Shown here: piece after piece, positions 1 through 9,811 of the stretch
Numbering within the stretch: position 1 is the first letter of the stretch
Layout of the letters: each line of letters begins with the position of its first letter
Assembly: GCA_963765765.1 (NCBI GenBank)
Contig: CAVXYC010000032.1
Location: forward strand, 128,001 to 192,000
DNA length: 64,000 nucleotides
Reading direction: 5' to 3'
Source of the DNA: an uncultured Chloroflexia bacterium
GTDB lineage: Bacteria; Chloroflexota; UBA6077; JACCZL01
Notes under the pieces: model-generated
What the model was told of the DNA's origin: nothing
The model's database searches: none
What the model saw: only the letters and a program-made list of their open reading frames with translations
Position numbers and translations under genes: made by a program

Positions 1-2
1 GC

Positions 3-1145
3 GACACCAACGGGAAGGTCGGCATCCTGGACCGCCACTGTCCACACCGACTGGCCGACCTGTGGTTCGGGCGGAACGAGGAGAGCGGGCTGACCTGCGC
101 GTATCACGGCTGGAAGTTCGACGTCGAGGGCAACACCGTCAGCATGCCGACCGAGCCGGCCGACAGCGACTTCAAGGAGCGCTTGAAGATCAAGAACTAC
201 CCGGCCAAGGAGTTCGGCGGGGTGGTGTGGGTGTACATGGGCCCCAGGGAGCTGCAGCCGGAGCTCCCGCAGTTCGAGTGGGCGCGAGTGCCGGACGATC
301 ATCGGGTGGTACGGACCTGGATCCAGGAATCCAACTACATGCAGGCGGCCGAAGGCGAGATCGACTCGGCTCACATCACCTTCAACCACAAGTGGTTTGG
401 CGAGGACTATATTCCGCCGCAGCTCCGCCAGCCGTTTCGCATGACCGGCGAGGGCTCGGTATCACGCTGGCACGATGGCGCGCCGCGCCTCACCGTGAAA
501 GAGACTGACTACGGCTTCATCTACGGCTCGCGTCGCCAGAATGCCGACGGTCAGTACTACTGGCGCTGCACGCAGTTCATGTTGCCGTTCTGGAGTCTCA
601 TCCCGAGCCCCGTGCCGCCATTTGGCGGGCGCTGCTGGGTACCTATCGATGACGAGCACAACATGGTCTTCCAGTACTCGGGCCACCCCGACCGACCGAT
701 GACCGAGCAAGAGCGAATGCGGCGGATGTCCAGCCCGGATCGTCTGGACAGGACCGTCTTCAAGCTCCCCGGGAGCCGTACGCTCATAGACGGCTGGCGA
801 CCGATGCGGAATCGCGACAACGACTACCTGATCGATCGCGAGATGCAACGGACCCAGAACTTCACCGGGATTGCTTCGGGCCGCGAGCAGGATATGGCCA
901 TGACCGACGGGATGGGCTTCATTCCGGAACGGTGGCGCGAGCATCTCGGCACCACGGATATCGCGATCATCGCCGCCCGCAAGATACTCTTGCGCATGGC
1001 GCAACAGCTCCAGAACGGCATCGAGCCGTACCCTCCGCACCACGGGGATCTGTATCGCCTGCGGCCGATCGACATCGCGTCCGACATCGACGACTTCGAA
1101 ACGCTGCTCGAGCGGCACGGCGAGCTGGGGCTTGCGCGCGTGTAG
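3..1145 (+). CDS. Rieske non-heme iron oxygenase alpha subunit (phthalate 4,5-dioxygenase/LigXa-like), 5' end outside the window
   Basis: The frame is open from base 3 (DTNGKVGILDRHCPHR...GLTCAYHGWKFD), giving the Rieske CxH...CxxH motif. The mononuclear Fe site motif EGEIDSAHITFNH and a C-terminal EHLGTTD follow. Confidence 0.9.
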   Translation, partial: DTNGKVGILDRHCPHRLADLWFGRNEESGLTCAYHGWKFDVEGNTVSMPTEPADSDFKERLKIKNYPAKEFGGVVWVYMGPRELQPELPQFEWARVPDDHRVVRTWIQESNYMQAAEGEIDSAHITFNHKWFGEDYIPPQLRQPFRMTGEGSVSRWHDGAPRLTVKETDYGFIYGSRRQNADGQYYWRCTQFMLPFWSLIPSPVPPFGGRCWVPIDDEHNMVFQYSGHPDRPMTEQERMRRMSSPDRLDRTVFKLPGSRTLIDGWRPMRNRDNDYLIDREMQRTQNFTGIASGREQDMAMTDGMGFIPERWREHLGTTDIAIIAARKILLRMAQQLQNGIEPYPPHHGDLYRLRPIDIASDIDDFETLLERHGELGLARV

Positions 1146-1630
1146 GCTGGCGTCGACTTAGGCGCAACACTGGCCACTCGGTATGGCGGCGCAAGCAACG
1201 GGGTCCGTGACGTCGCGACGGCTGACGCGACTCCCGGGCTCTGAATCCAGCCGATACTCAGCTCACACGTGCGGGCGTAATGCCGTGGCGACCGGTCCAT
1301 GAAGCCAGGCACGAGGCCTGTGTGGGCGACGCTCTATGTGACGCTGCAACGCGGAGACCGAGCGCGACACTGTTCGGTATTGTGCAGGACCAACTTGCTA
1401 CCATGGGGATAAAATCCGGATAGGGACGACGACTTCGGTGAGCAAACCGAAGTCGCGATCCGCGCGAATTTCGGCGATCCAGTGGACTCACGGCTGGTTA
1501 GCATCGTGAGCCCACAGATGCGGACCGCAATGGTGGCAGCCAGGTAATCTGGCGCACCCAAAATCCCCCGCCGTGGTCAATTACATGGCCAGGCATCGCG
1601 CGTCCACGACGCGCTGACCGGAGCTCTCAA

Positions 1631-2603
1631 ATGAGCGGTGCCTTTTCAATGACGCAACCTCGAACAGCGGAGCCGCCCCGTATGAGTCACTTCTACGGAC
1701 GCTCGTTCTGGGCTACCGTACGCCCTGGTATCACCGCGCTGGCGGCGGCGTGCCTGATGCTCTCGACGGCTCTCCCCGCTGCTGCCGCCGAAATGCGAGC
1801 CTCAGCCGCCCATCATGCATGAATTGGTGGCGCTCTCCCCGTCGTCCTTCTATGTCCGCTGGTCAGACCAGTGGGGCGAGGGCCCCGCTGACGGCCTGCG
1901 GGCCACCGTCTATCACAACGAGCGGCTCGTCCTGGCGGTCGATCTGGGCAACCAACCGGCCGCGGGCTCGGCAGAGATCGACGATCCCAACGCCATCCTT
2001 CAGCCGTCCACCCGCTACTGCGTCGGGCTCCGCGCCTACCTCGGCTCGGGCAGCCAGCGACAGCAGCACGTTCTCCGACGAGAGCAACCGCGTGTGCACC
2101 ACGACCCCCGCGGCAGCGTCGGTGAAGGTCGATCCCGCGCGTGCCGATACCCACCGAGGTGACGCCGCCCGCCGCGCCGCCGGACCTGGCGCTCGAAGCC
2201 ATCCGCGGTCGCGAGGAGCGCGAGTGGAGCGGACGTCAAAGAGACCACGCCGACGTATCTCATTGCCCTTCGGAACGACGGCGCGGATGCCGTTGGCACG
2301 GTGGTGGTGGAGATCGCCACCTCCGGGGTGCTGACGCTCGCGGATGTGACGCAGGCGACCCGCGACGGTTGGGCGGCCGACGGGTTCACCTGCACGTCCA
2401 CCACACCGTCGGGACGGGCCAATGCCGGCCTGCGCTGCACCGGCGGCACGTTGAGGTCCGGGCAGAGCACCAGTCCGGCGATTGTCGTGCGCCCCAGCCG
2501 CCCGGGCTTCGGCTACATTCACGCCTCCATCGGCATCCGCTCCGGCCCGGCGGATATGGACACCAGCGACAACAGTCAAATGCTGGCGGTGAGGATTCTG
2601 TAG
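1631..2603 (+). CDS. Secreted protein with FN3-like and DUF11-like beta domains, split by several frameshifts
   Basis: Signal peptide (LAAACLMLSTALPAAAA) in 1631..1822; FYVRWSD...STRYCVGLRAY in 1815..2162; SDESNRVCTTTP; PDLAL...; C-terminal GFTC...LRC.GGTL.SG...DMDTSDN in 2301..2603, which is DUF11-like. Confidence 0.55.
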
Positions 2604-2644
2604 CCCTCGGCTAGCTCACTGGCTGGGTCGGGGGGCCACCTGTG

Positions 2645-3352
2645 TCAACGCGTCGTTGACGCGATAAAAAGCCCCCGACCAGTGAGACCTTCAGGGTCAA
2701 ATTCAACCGTGAGTCCGGCCGACTCGAACGCCGTTCGGTACTCTGCAAGCGTGAACAGGCCCAGGCGAATGCGCTCCCGAAATCGCTCAACACCTTCCGG
2801 GCGCGCTACCAGGTAGTGGAAGTCCAGAATTGACACTCGCCCTTTCGTCTCGCTGACGTTCATCCTCGCGATCTTCAGATTCGGGTGGTCAACAAACGTC
2901 GCGGCAGCGCGTCCATCATGCCACCGCTCTGGTGTGAACCACGGTTCCACAATGAGCACGCCATCAGCACGGAGGTGACGCGCCATCGTGCGAATAGCTC
3001 GACGAAGATCACGAACGGACGTCATGTACCCGATGGCGCTAAAGAGACACGTCATGATCTGGAATTGGCGACCAACGTCGAAGTCGCGCATGTCCGCCTG
3101 GTGCAGCGGCACGTTGGGAATCCGTTCCGCCGCAACAGCGAGCATTCCGGGGTCTGCGTCGAGCCCTTCAACTTGATAGTCCATCTGCAGATACGCAAGA
3201 TGCTGCCCCGTGCCGCAGGCAACATCCAACAGAGTGCTACCGGGCGCTATGTTGCGTGCGTTAAAAAAGCCCCGAAGCCGGTTCGCTTCGGCACAGAAGT
3301 CTTTCGTGCCTTCGTAGAGCATGTCGTAGAACCGGGCGGATGTTCGCCGCAC
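2645..3352 (-). CDS. Class I SAM-dependent methyltransferase (TylM1/DesVI/CypM-like N-methyltransferase family)
   Basis: LLDVACGTG SAM motif, ADMRDF, TCLFSAIGY, IVEPWF and a C-terminal GRGLF. Confidence 0.85.
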   Translation of the reverse strand: MRRTSARFYDMLYEGTKDFCAEANRLRGFFNARNIAPGSTLLDVACGTGQHLAYLQMDYQVEGLDADPGMLAVAAERIPNVPLHQADMRDFDVGRQFQIMTCLFSAIGYMTSVRDLRRAIRTMARHLRADGVLIVEPWFTPERWHDGRAAATFVDHPNLKIARMNVSETKGRVSILDFHYLVARPEGVERFRERIRLGLFTLAEYRTAFESAGLTVEFDPEGLTGRGLFIASTTR

Positions 3353-3721
3353 TGTGAGCTCCAGTCCTAAGATGTTCGCACCAAGTCGGATCTACCGGTA
3401 CTCCGTCTGCTCCGTCCCTCAAGGCCACAACGATGCGGTAATCGGAATGACGTTGTAGCTGGGTGAAAGACGCAGGTCGAGTCATAGTTCGACTTGGCCG
3501 GCAAGCCTGTGGAGTCGACGCGGGCATCCACCAAACTCCTTCCTCCCCGTCACCAGGGGGAATGGGCCGCTCCGACACGCGTGGGTTCGAGCCACTCGAA
3601 TGAACCCTGCAAGGGCTGGGTCCTCGCAAACTTGGTCCTGATACCTCAGGAGCCGGTCCTCGTTGACAGTGTTCTGGCTCGCTGCTAACGTGGCCACAGC
3701 CTGGGTTCTGGAGTACGTGCT

Positions 3722-4942
3722 GTGCTGCGCCTCCGTCTCCCGTCGATCGTAATCGTCGCTTCCTGTTTATTGCTGAGCCTGGCATGCTCATCGCCGTCAC
3801 CAGCGTCGTCCCCACCGGCCGCTGCGAAACCTACGGCGCTAACGTCAAGCTCGCCGGAGTCTAGTAGCGTAGCGGCAGCGAGTCCAGCTTCCAAGCCGGC
3901 GGCATCGCCTGCGATCGCCTCGTCCGGGGCCGCCCTGCCCGCCGTCAACACTGAAGAGGCCGCCCGATACTTTGGAGGCAAGTCCATCACCGTAACCGTG
4001 GGGTATGCCCCCGGCGGTGGATTCGACACATTCGCCCGAATTCTCGCTGTCCACATGCCGCGTTTCATTCCAGGTAACCCCAACATGATTGTGACAAACG
4101 TTCCGGGCGCGGATTCACTGGTGGCGGCGCAGGCCCTACAGCGCAAGGCACCCGGCAACGGCCTGGATATTGGCGTCTTCACGCTGGGGCTTATTCCGCG
4201 CTCGCTCCTAGGTGAAAAGATCGAGGGATTCGATCCAGCGGGCTTCGACTACCTGGGCATGCCGGATTCAGCGCCGAACGAATCCATGGTCTGTTCAAGA
4301 ACCGCTGTGGCGAATTCCCTCGATGCGTTCATGCAAAGCGGTCGAAAGCTCAAGATTGGCTCCACCGGCGGAGTTGGAAATGTTCCACTCATGATGGAAT
4401 GGGCGGTGCTGGCAGGCTTTCCGATTGAGATCGTGTCCGGCTATGGCGGGACTTCCGAGGCCAGCCAGGCATTTGATCGCGGCGAGCTGGAGATCAATGG
4501 ATTCTGCGATGCCAGCACTTCCAGTCGGTATCCGCACTGGTTTGGCGCGGAGCAATTCGCGACCCCGCTGTTCTACTTCAGCCAGAGGCCGAAGTTCATG
4601 GAACCGATGTTGAGCCAAGGGAAGTACCCATGGTTCAGGCAAGCATTTGATGTTGTCAATGTCACGAGCGCTCAGCGACGCGCGCTAGAGGCGCACATCA
4701 GTTTTGGCGGATCGCGGGTATTTGCGCTGCCCGCGCGCACCCCGGAGAACGTCGCTGCAGCCCTGCAGCGGGCTTTCGCCGAAACCGTCAACGATCCGAC
4801 CGTTCAGGCGGATTTGCTACAGCGCAACTACGAGGTAGGGCTCCTCAGCGGGACGGATATGCAGCGCACCATTCGAGAGTTCGCGGATCAACCGCCGGAT
4901 GTTCTTGAAGTTCTTCGACGCATGTACAAGATCGGGAGCTGA
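3722..4942 (+). CDS. Tripartite tricarboxylate transporter substrate-binding lipoprotein (TctC/Bug family)
   Basis: Lipobox LSLAC, Ser/Ala/Pro linker, VGYAPGGGFDTFARILA, NVPGA, GYGGTSE..AFDRGE. Confidence 0.85.
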   Translation: MLRLRLPSIVIVASCLLLSLACSSPSPASSPPAAAKPTALTSSSPESSSVAAASPASKPAASPAIASSGAALPAVNTEEAARYFGGKSITVTVGYAPGGGFDTFARILAVHMPRFIPGNPNMIVTNVPGADSLVAAQALQRKAPGNGLDIGVFTLGLIPRSLLGEKIEGFDPAGFDYLGMPDSAPNESMVCSRTAVANSLDAFMQSGRKLKIGSTGGVGNVPLMMEWAVLAGFPIEIVSGYGGTSEASQAFDRGELEINGFCDASTSSRYPHWFGAEQFATPLFYFSQRPKFMEPMLSQGKYPWFRQAFDVVNVTSAQRRALEAHISFGGSRVFALPARTPENVAAALQRAFAETVNDPTVQADLLQRNYEVGLLSGTDMQRTIREFADQPPDVLEVLRRMYKIGS

Positions 4943-4945
4943 ACG

Positions 4946-6043
4946 ATGACTCAGACCGCAACAAACGACCACGCGGGAACGGCACGCGGATATCTCACGA
5001 TAGACGCGGATGCTCACGTCGTGGAATCCGAGCATACCTGGGATTTCATGGATGCATCCGATCAAAAGTATCGGCCCGTGATCATCTCTTCCAGCGAAGA
5101 TCCGGGGGTTCGGTACTGGTACGCGGACGGAAAGACGCGTCGGCCGGCGGTCCAGGTGGCCACCGCGGACACCAGCCGTCGAGTGGCAACTGACGCCTCT
5201 TCTGCTGGAATGGAAGATGTGAGCGTTCGCCTGCGAGACATGGATGAGCTGGGGATCGATGTTCAGGTGGTGCATTCCACGATATTCATCGAGACCGTTG
5301 CCGATCGCCCTGAGGCTGAAGTAGCCATTTGTAAAGGGTGGAACCGATGGATGGCCGACATCTGGCGGCGGGGAGAGGGGCGAATCCGTTGGTCATGCGT
5401 GCTGCCGTTGCTCAGCATGCCGGATGCGCTCTCAGAGCTCGAATTCGCTAGGGCGAACGGTGCGTGCGCGGTGTTCCTGCGCAGCGTGGAAGGGCACCGG
5501 TTGCTGCAGGATCCTTACTTTTTCCCACTGTATGAAGCTGCAAGCCGGTTGGACATGGCTATGGCCGTGCACGTGGGGACGGCCAATGAGTGGCTGTGCG
5601 AGCTACTCAACCAGCGAATGGGGATGAGCCGGGGCTTCTGGCGCTTCCGGGCCATCATGGTAGGCGCATTCCATGCGCTCGTTATGAGCGGCGCACTCGA
5701 TGACTTCCCGAAGCTGCGATTCGGGTTTTTGGAGTCCGGTGCTCAATGGCTCCCATTCGTCATCCGCGACATGGTGCGTCGCGCTGAAGGGCAGGGCAAA
5801 GCGATTAGTCCAAACGTGCTGCAAGACAATCGCATCTGGGTGACCTGCCAGACCGATGACGATCTTCCTTACGTACTCAAGTACGCGGGCGAGGACCACC
5901 TACTCATCGGGACTGATTACGGGCACGCCGACCAATCAAGCGAGCTCGATGCGCTCGACAACCTGGCGCGCTCCGGGGAGATTGACGAGCACCTGGTTCG
6001 AAAGATCAGCTCCGATAACCCAAGGGCGTTCTACGGGCTGTAG
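4946..6043 (+). CDS. Amidohydrolase_2 family metal-dependent hydrolase/decarboxylase
   Basis: IDADAHV, RLRDMDELGIDVQV, LESGAQW, GTDYGH, NPRAFYGL. Confidence 0.9.
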   Translation: MTQTATNDHAGTARGYLTIDADAHVVESEHTWDFMDASDQKYRPVIISSSEDPGVRYWYADGKTRRPAVQVATADTSRRVATDASSAGMEDVSVRLRDMDELGIDVQVVHSTIFIETVADRPEAEVAICKGWNRWMADIWRRGEGRIRWSCVLPLLSMPDALSELEFARANGACAVFLRSVEGHRLLQDPYFFPLYEAASRLDMAMAVHVGTANEWLCELLNQRMGMSRGFWRFRAIMVGAFHALVMSGALDDFPKLRFGFLESGAQWLPFVIRDMVRRAEGQGKAISPNVLQDNRIWVTCQTDDDLPYVLKYAGEDHLLIGTDYGHADQSSELDALDNLARSGEIDEHLVRKISSDNPRAFYGL

Positions 6044-6318
6044 GAACCAAGCGGTGAGCATCTATCTGGGCTGACTGGGTGGCCGCTTCAAACGTCGCGG
6101 CCTACGAGATGAATCGCGATGACTGATGCGATCCATCCGAGATGACTGAAGAGCCTGTCCCGCAGCCTTCCGATCGAAGAAGGAGAGCGCGCGACAAGCT
6201 CCTCTTGTTGAAGCCGGCTCGAATCTCCATTAAGTCATTGGCTCGTAAGCCGGCGAATTGCGACTCCCAGTTTCGCTGACCCTGGGCACGGTCGTATTTG
6301 CCTGCTGGTTATGCTCAG

Positions 6319-6735
6319 CTAGATGCCGAATCTGTGACTCTTTCGCGGTTCGGGCTGCTCGATGGCCTCGCGATCACGAAGCGGCGCAACGCGCCAGCGG
6401 CCATAAGCTACGAACGCCGACAAGACACCCAGCACAAACGGCACGATGGCGGGCAACACGCCCAAGGTGAAGATCGTGGTTACGGTGGCGCCAACCATGA
6501 TGATCACGAGTCCGGCCGCTGCGAGTGGCGTCAGTCCCGTCCAAAGCCGCAGTACTCCCGGCAAAATCAGACCAAAGGCGGCCAGCACCTCGGCGGTCCC
6601 GATAAACCGCAGGAACATCTCAGGAAACGGCGTCTGCGCCGTCAGCTCCTCGACCGGCATCACCAGCTTCATGCCGCCCATCAGTAAGAAGACCGCGGCG
6701 AGCAGCACCTGGACTATCCACAATCCAACGGACAT
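6319..6735 (-). CDS. DoxX family membrane protein
   Basis: LWIVQVLLAAVFL.GGMKL...FIG.AEVL...GLILP...LTPLAAAGL; four hydrophobic helices. Confidence 0.85.
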   Translation of the reverse strand: MSVGLWIVQVLLAAVFLLMGGMKLVMPVEELTAQTPFPEMFLRFIGTAEVLAAFGLILPGVLRLWTGLTPLAAAGLVIIMVGATVTTIFTLGVLPAIVPFVLGVLSAFVAYGRWRVAPLRDREAIEQPEPRKSHRFGI

Positions 6736-6809
6736 GATTGTTTTCCTCCCTACTAAATTTCAAGTGATGACGGCGCGAAAGACGCATACCGCGTGGAGCA
6801 CCTACTGGC

Positions 6810-7166
6810 TCAGGAAGCGATGTTGTCCGACGTGGCCTCAGCGAACACAAGCTGGTTTCCGTCCGGATCGCTCACCAGGGCCGTCTTGACAATGTCCGCG
6901 TTTGTGGTCTTGCCGATCTTGATCCCCTCCGCCTCAAGGTGGCGGAGCTGCTCATCGAGATCGCTCACCGCCAGCGTGACCGAAGACGAGCCCGCTCGGG
7001 CTTTGTCCTGAAACACCTGGAGCCAACCTCCTTTCGGGAACCGCCATTCGGCAACTTCGGGCATTGGCCGGCTGTCAGCGGGGCGTTTGAAGACTCGCTC
7101 ATACCAGCTTGCGGCGGTCCCAAGGTCGTTTACCGCAACGCCGGCCAGGGCATTGGAAACGGTCAT
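6810..7166 (-). CDS. VOC (glyoxalase/bleomycin resistance) family protein
   Basis: Probable start MTVSNALAG; VAVNDL..A..WYERVF and DPDGNQL motifs. Confidence 0.85.
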   Translation of the reverse strand: MTVSNALAGVAVNDLGTAASWYERVFKRPADSRPMPEVAEWRFPKGGWLQVFQDKARAGSSSVTLAVSDLDEQLRHLEAEGIKIGKTTNADIVKTALVSDPDGNQLVFAEATSDNIAS

Positions 7167-7422
7167 AGCTCTGGTCCTCCTCAGATTCGCTGAACGCCGG
7201 AGCACTGTCATCGCCAGGCAGGCGGACAGCGGTCACACTGAGATGGTCGCAAGTTCTAGACCTGTTGGCTCAGATAACTCAGAGCCCTGATTCGTGAATA
7301 CCGATTGGGGAATTCACGATCTGGATTGGCGATTCTGGTCGACTCATAGCGAGGTCAGGCATGCGTCGGTAAGGGCAGCTCGTACGCCAGGTTCCGGCTG
7401 AACGTTGCCGCTTCCAGCTTGT

Positions 7423-7740
7423 CTATTCGACGACGATCGTGTGCTCATCAACAGTGACGCGCACGAGCTCGTCCATGAACTTGGGGATGTCCGCCGCGAT
7501 GGCGGTTCCGATCGGGCTCGCAAAAGCGGCCTCAAGCGCCTCTTGAGAATCGAACCACAACTCAGAGAATCCGTCGTATGCGGCTCCAGGCTCAGTCTCG
7601 CGGTCAATGAAATTGACGGTGTAACGACGCAATCCGGGAAACTGCCGGGCCAGCGGAGCGTGGACGTCCAGCCAATGCTTGCGGAACTCTGCCGTGGAAA
7701 GACCAGCTCGCTTGCGAATGAGCCCGACCAATTTCACCAT
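7423..7740 (-). CDS. EthD family reductase
   Basis: MVKLVGLIRKRAGLS..EFRKHWLDVHAPLA...PGLRRY...YDGFSELWFDS. Confidence 0.85.
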   Translation of the reverse strand: MVKLVGLIRKRAGLSTAEFRKHWLDVHAPLARQFPGLRRYTVNFIDRETEPGAAYDGFSELWFDSQEALEAAFASPIGTAIAADIPKFMDELVRVTVDEHTIVVE

Positions 7741-8073
7741 TTCATGCTCTCCGGTGTGGGTATCGCCGAAGCCGCGAGCGTTGTGACCGAGGCTTCCGCG
7801 GTTCGGACGTTAATCCAGTAGCGCTTTCGCAAACTCCTGCATGCGGGCGTGCTCGTCAATCATCGGCTCCGTGTCCGCATAGATGTACGTATTGCCAGGC
7901 GTGAGAATAACGTCAGGATCGCCCGGCGGAACGTCGGCTCGCCGACTGTTCGCCGATTTGGGTGCTCGCGAGGCGGCCTCGACGGCCGGGCGGGCAGGGA
8001 CGCCCGCGCTGCGGACCCGCCGGGGAAGCTGTGGACCAAGTTTTGCTCATCGCCTACCTCGCATAATGCACGC

Positions 8074-9180
8074 ATGCCAGAGACGGTACTAACACAGCGA
8101 GATCTGAATCGCGCGCTTCTGGCCCGTCAGATGCTGCTGGAGCGTGAAAAGGCTTCGGCCGTAGAGGTCGTTGAGCGGCTGGCGGGCATGCAAGGTCAGC
8201 AGCCGAGGCCGCCGTTTGTCGGTCTCTGGTCGCGCATCAGCGATTTCCACGCTGATGAGCTTCGGAGCGCCTATCACGATCGCACAATCGTACGAGCTAC
8301 ATTGATGCGCGCGACACTGCATCTCATGAGCGCGCGCCATTACCAGCAGCTACGGATGCCGCTACAGCCGATGTTGACAGCCGGTCTGCGTGCGGTGCTG
8401 CGTCAACGCGCTGAAGGGATCGATCTCCCCGACTTACTCGAGAGAGCCCGAGCGCATTTTGAGAAGGGCCCAAGCACGTTTGGAGATCTGCGCGCGGCGC
8501 TGGCCAGCCACTTTCCCGATCTGGATGAGCGGGCGATGGGCTACACGGTGCGGCTCAATCTGCCGCTGGTCATGGTGCCAGATGAATCGACCTGGGCGTT
8601 TCCCGCCAATGCGAAGTTCACCATGGCAGACGTGTGGCTCGGCAAGAACCCGGACGAGAGTGAAGATGCTCGAGAGCTCGTGCGAGCGTACCTGGCTGCG
8701 TTTGGTCCTGCCGCCGCGGCCGACATGCAGGCCTGGTCTGGCCTTGGCGGCATGCAAGGTGTCTTGAAAGGCATGCGCGACGAGCTGGTGTCGTTCCGAG
8801 ATGACCGCAAGCGCGAGCTGTTTGATCTTCCAGAGGCGCCTCGCCCGCCCGCCGACACGCCCGCTTCGATCCGCTTCCTGCCAGATTTCGACAATATCGT
8901 TCTCGCGCATGCCGATCGCCGCAGAATCATTGCGGAGGAATTCCGACCTCGCGTGGTCACCAAGAATCTTCTCGTTCTGGCGACGTTCCTGGTGGACGGC
9001 TTCGCAGCCGGCATCTGGAAGATTGAGCGCAAGCGCAAGGCTGCAACGCTTACGCTTTCACCGTTTGAGCCGATCAACAAAAAGCAGCTTGCCGCGGTCA
9101 CCGAAGAGGGCGAGCAGCTCATGCGGTTTCTTGAGCCCGAAGCAGAAAGTTACGACGTCCAGGTGGATACGTCAGCCTAA
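8074..9180 (+). CDS. AlkZ-like DNA glycosylase (HTH_42 winged-helix family)
   Basis: Start MPETVLT; LNRALLARQ, QGQ catalytic-type motif, LWSR, MRATLH, YLAAFGPA, FLPDFDN, LVDG.AAGIW. Confidence 0.85.
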   Translation: MPETVLTQRDLNRALLARQMLLEREKASAVEVVERLAGMQGQQPRPPFVGLWSRISDFHADELRSAYHDRTIVRATLMRATLHLMSARHYQQLRMPLQPMLTAGLRAVLRQRAEGIDLPDLLERARAHFEKGPSTFGDLRAALASHFPDLDERAMGYTVRLNLPLVMVPDESTWAFPANAKFTMADVWLGKNPDESEDARELVRAYLAAFGPAAAADMQAWSGLGGMQGVLKGMRDELVSFRDDRKRELFDLPEAPRPPADTPASIRFLPDFDNIVLAHADRRRIIAEEFRPRVVTKNLLVLATFLVDGFAAGIWKIERKRKAATLTLSPFEPINKKQLAAVTEEGEQLMRFLEPEAESYDVQVDTSA

Positions 9181-9475
9181 TCCCAGGTTTTTCCGCGTCC
9201 GTATCTGGTTTGTCGGCCTCGTCATCAGCGTGGGCTCCGGCGTGGTCATCGGCATTGCGTCCCTGGTTCTGGCTTTCGTGCTGGTCATCCCGGGGGCTTT
9301 GCTCTGGTGGCCTCTTGGCCCTGGCGCCGTGACACTGGGCTACATTTTTATGGCCGGTACGGCGGTGTTCCTGCTTCTGTTCGTCATGGGCGCGGTAAGC
9401 AATGCGCTCTCGTGGAGCTATTGGTCGCTCGAGTATCTACGCGTGGTTGAAGGAGAACCTGTACCGGCTGCGTAG
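9181..9475 (+). pseudogene. Start-less C-terminal fragment of a multi-pass membrane protein
   Basis: Immediately after the alkZ-like stop, another frame reads two TM helices ending NALSWSYWSLEYLRV. No RBS or N-terminal part is visible. Confidence 0.45.
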
Positions 9476-9538
9476 CCGGCCAACATACGCTCCGCACAGG
9501 AGTAAGGTAAGGGTAGCATGTGCCCGGGGAGGCAACCG

Positions 9539-9811
9539 ATGCTGCGATTCCGTCGAGCCTATGGGGCACCTACGACCTTTAGTGGAATCACTGTCACACC
9601 CGAGGCTCGGGTCGTCGTGTGGCGTGGGGCCAGAGGCGGATTTGTCTGGAACCGTCCGAGCGCTGTGCTGGTGGAGCAAGCGGGGCGTACGAAACGGATT
9701 CCCATCCTGAATGTGAACCGCCTTCTGCAACTGTTCGTCTTGGGCATGATCGTTGCCGTACCTCTCATGCAATACTTGACACGTAGGCTCGAAAAGGAGT
9801 TCGACCGATGA
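9539..9811 (+). CDS. Small membrane-anchored hypothetical protein
   Basis: GFVWNRPSAVLVE...RIPI.NV followed by a C-terminal TM helix; ATGA overlap with the next gene. Confidence 0.6.
   Translation: MLRFRRAYGAPTTFSGITVTPEARVVVWRGARGGFVWNRPSAVLVEQAGRTKRIPILNVNRLLQLFVLGMIVAVPLMQYLTRRLEKEFDR

Noticed and set aside
1380-1520. TGGGGATAAAATCCGGATAGGG resembles part of the c-di-AMP (ydaO) riboswitch
   Set aside because: The conserved downstream CCGTCAGCTAAC segment and the upstream GGGGGA element are missing.
3555-3600. GTGGGTTCGAGCCAC resembles a tRNA T-arm
   Set aside because: No acceptor stem, D-arm or anticodon arm can be folded around it, and the T-arm itself is short.
7810-8050. Minus-strand frame ending DVILTPGNTYIYADTEPMIDEHARMQEFAKALLD*
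   Set aside because: Protein-like but has no credible start or recognisable family; not supportable as a feature.
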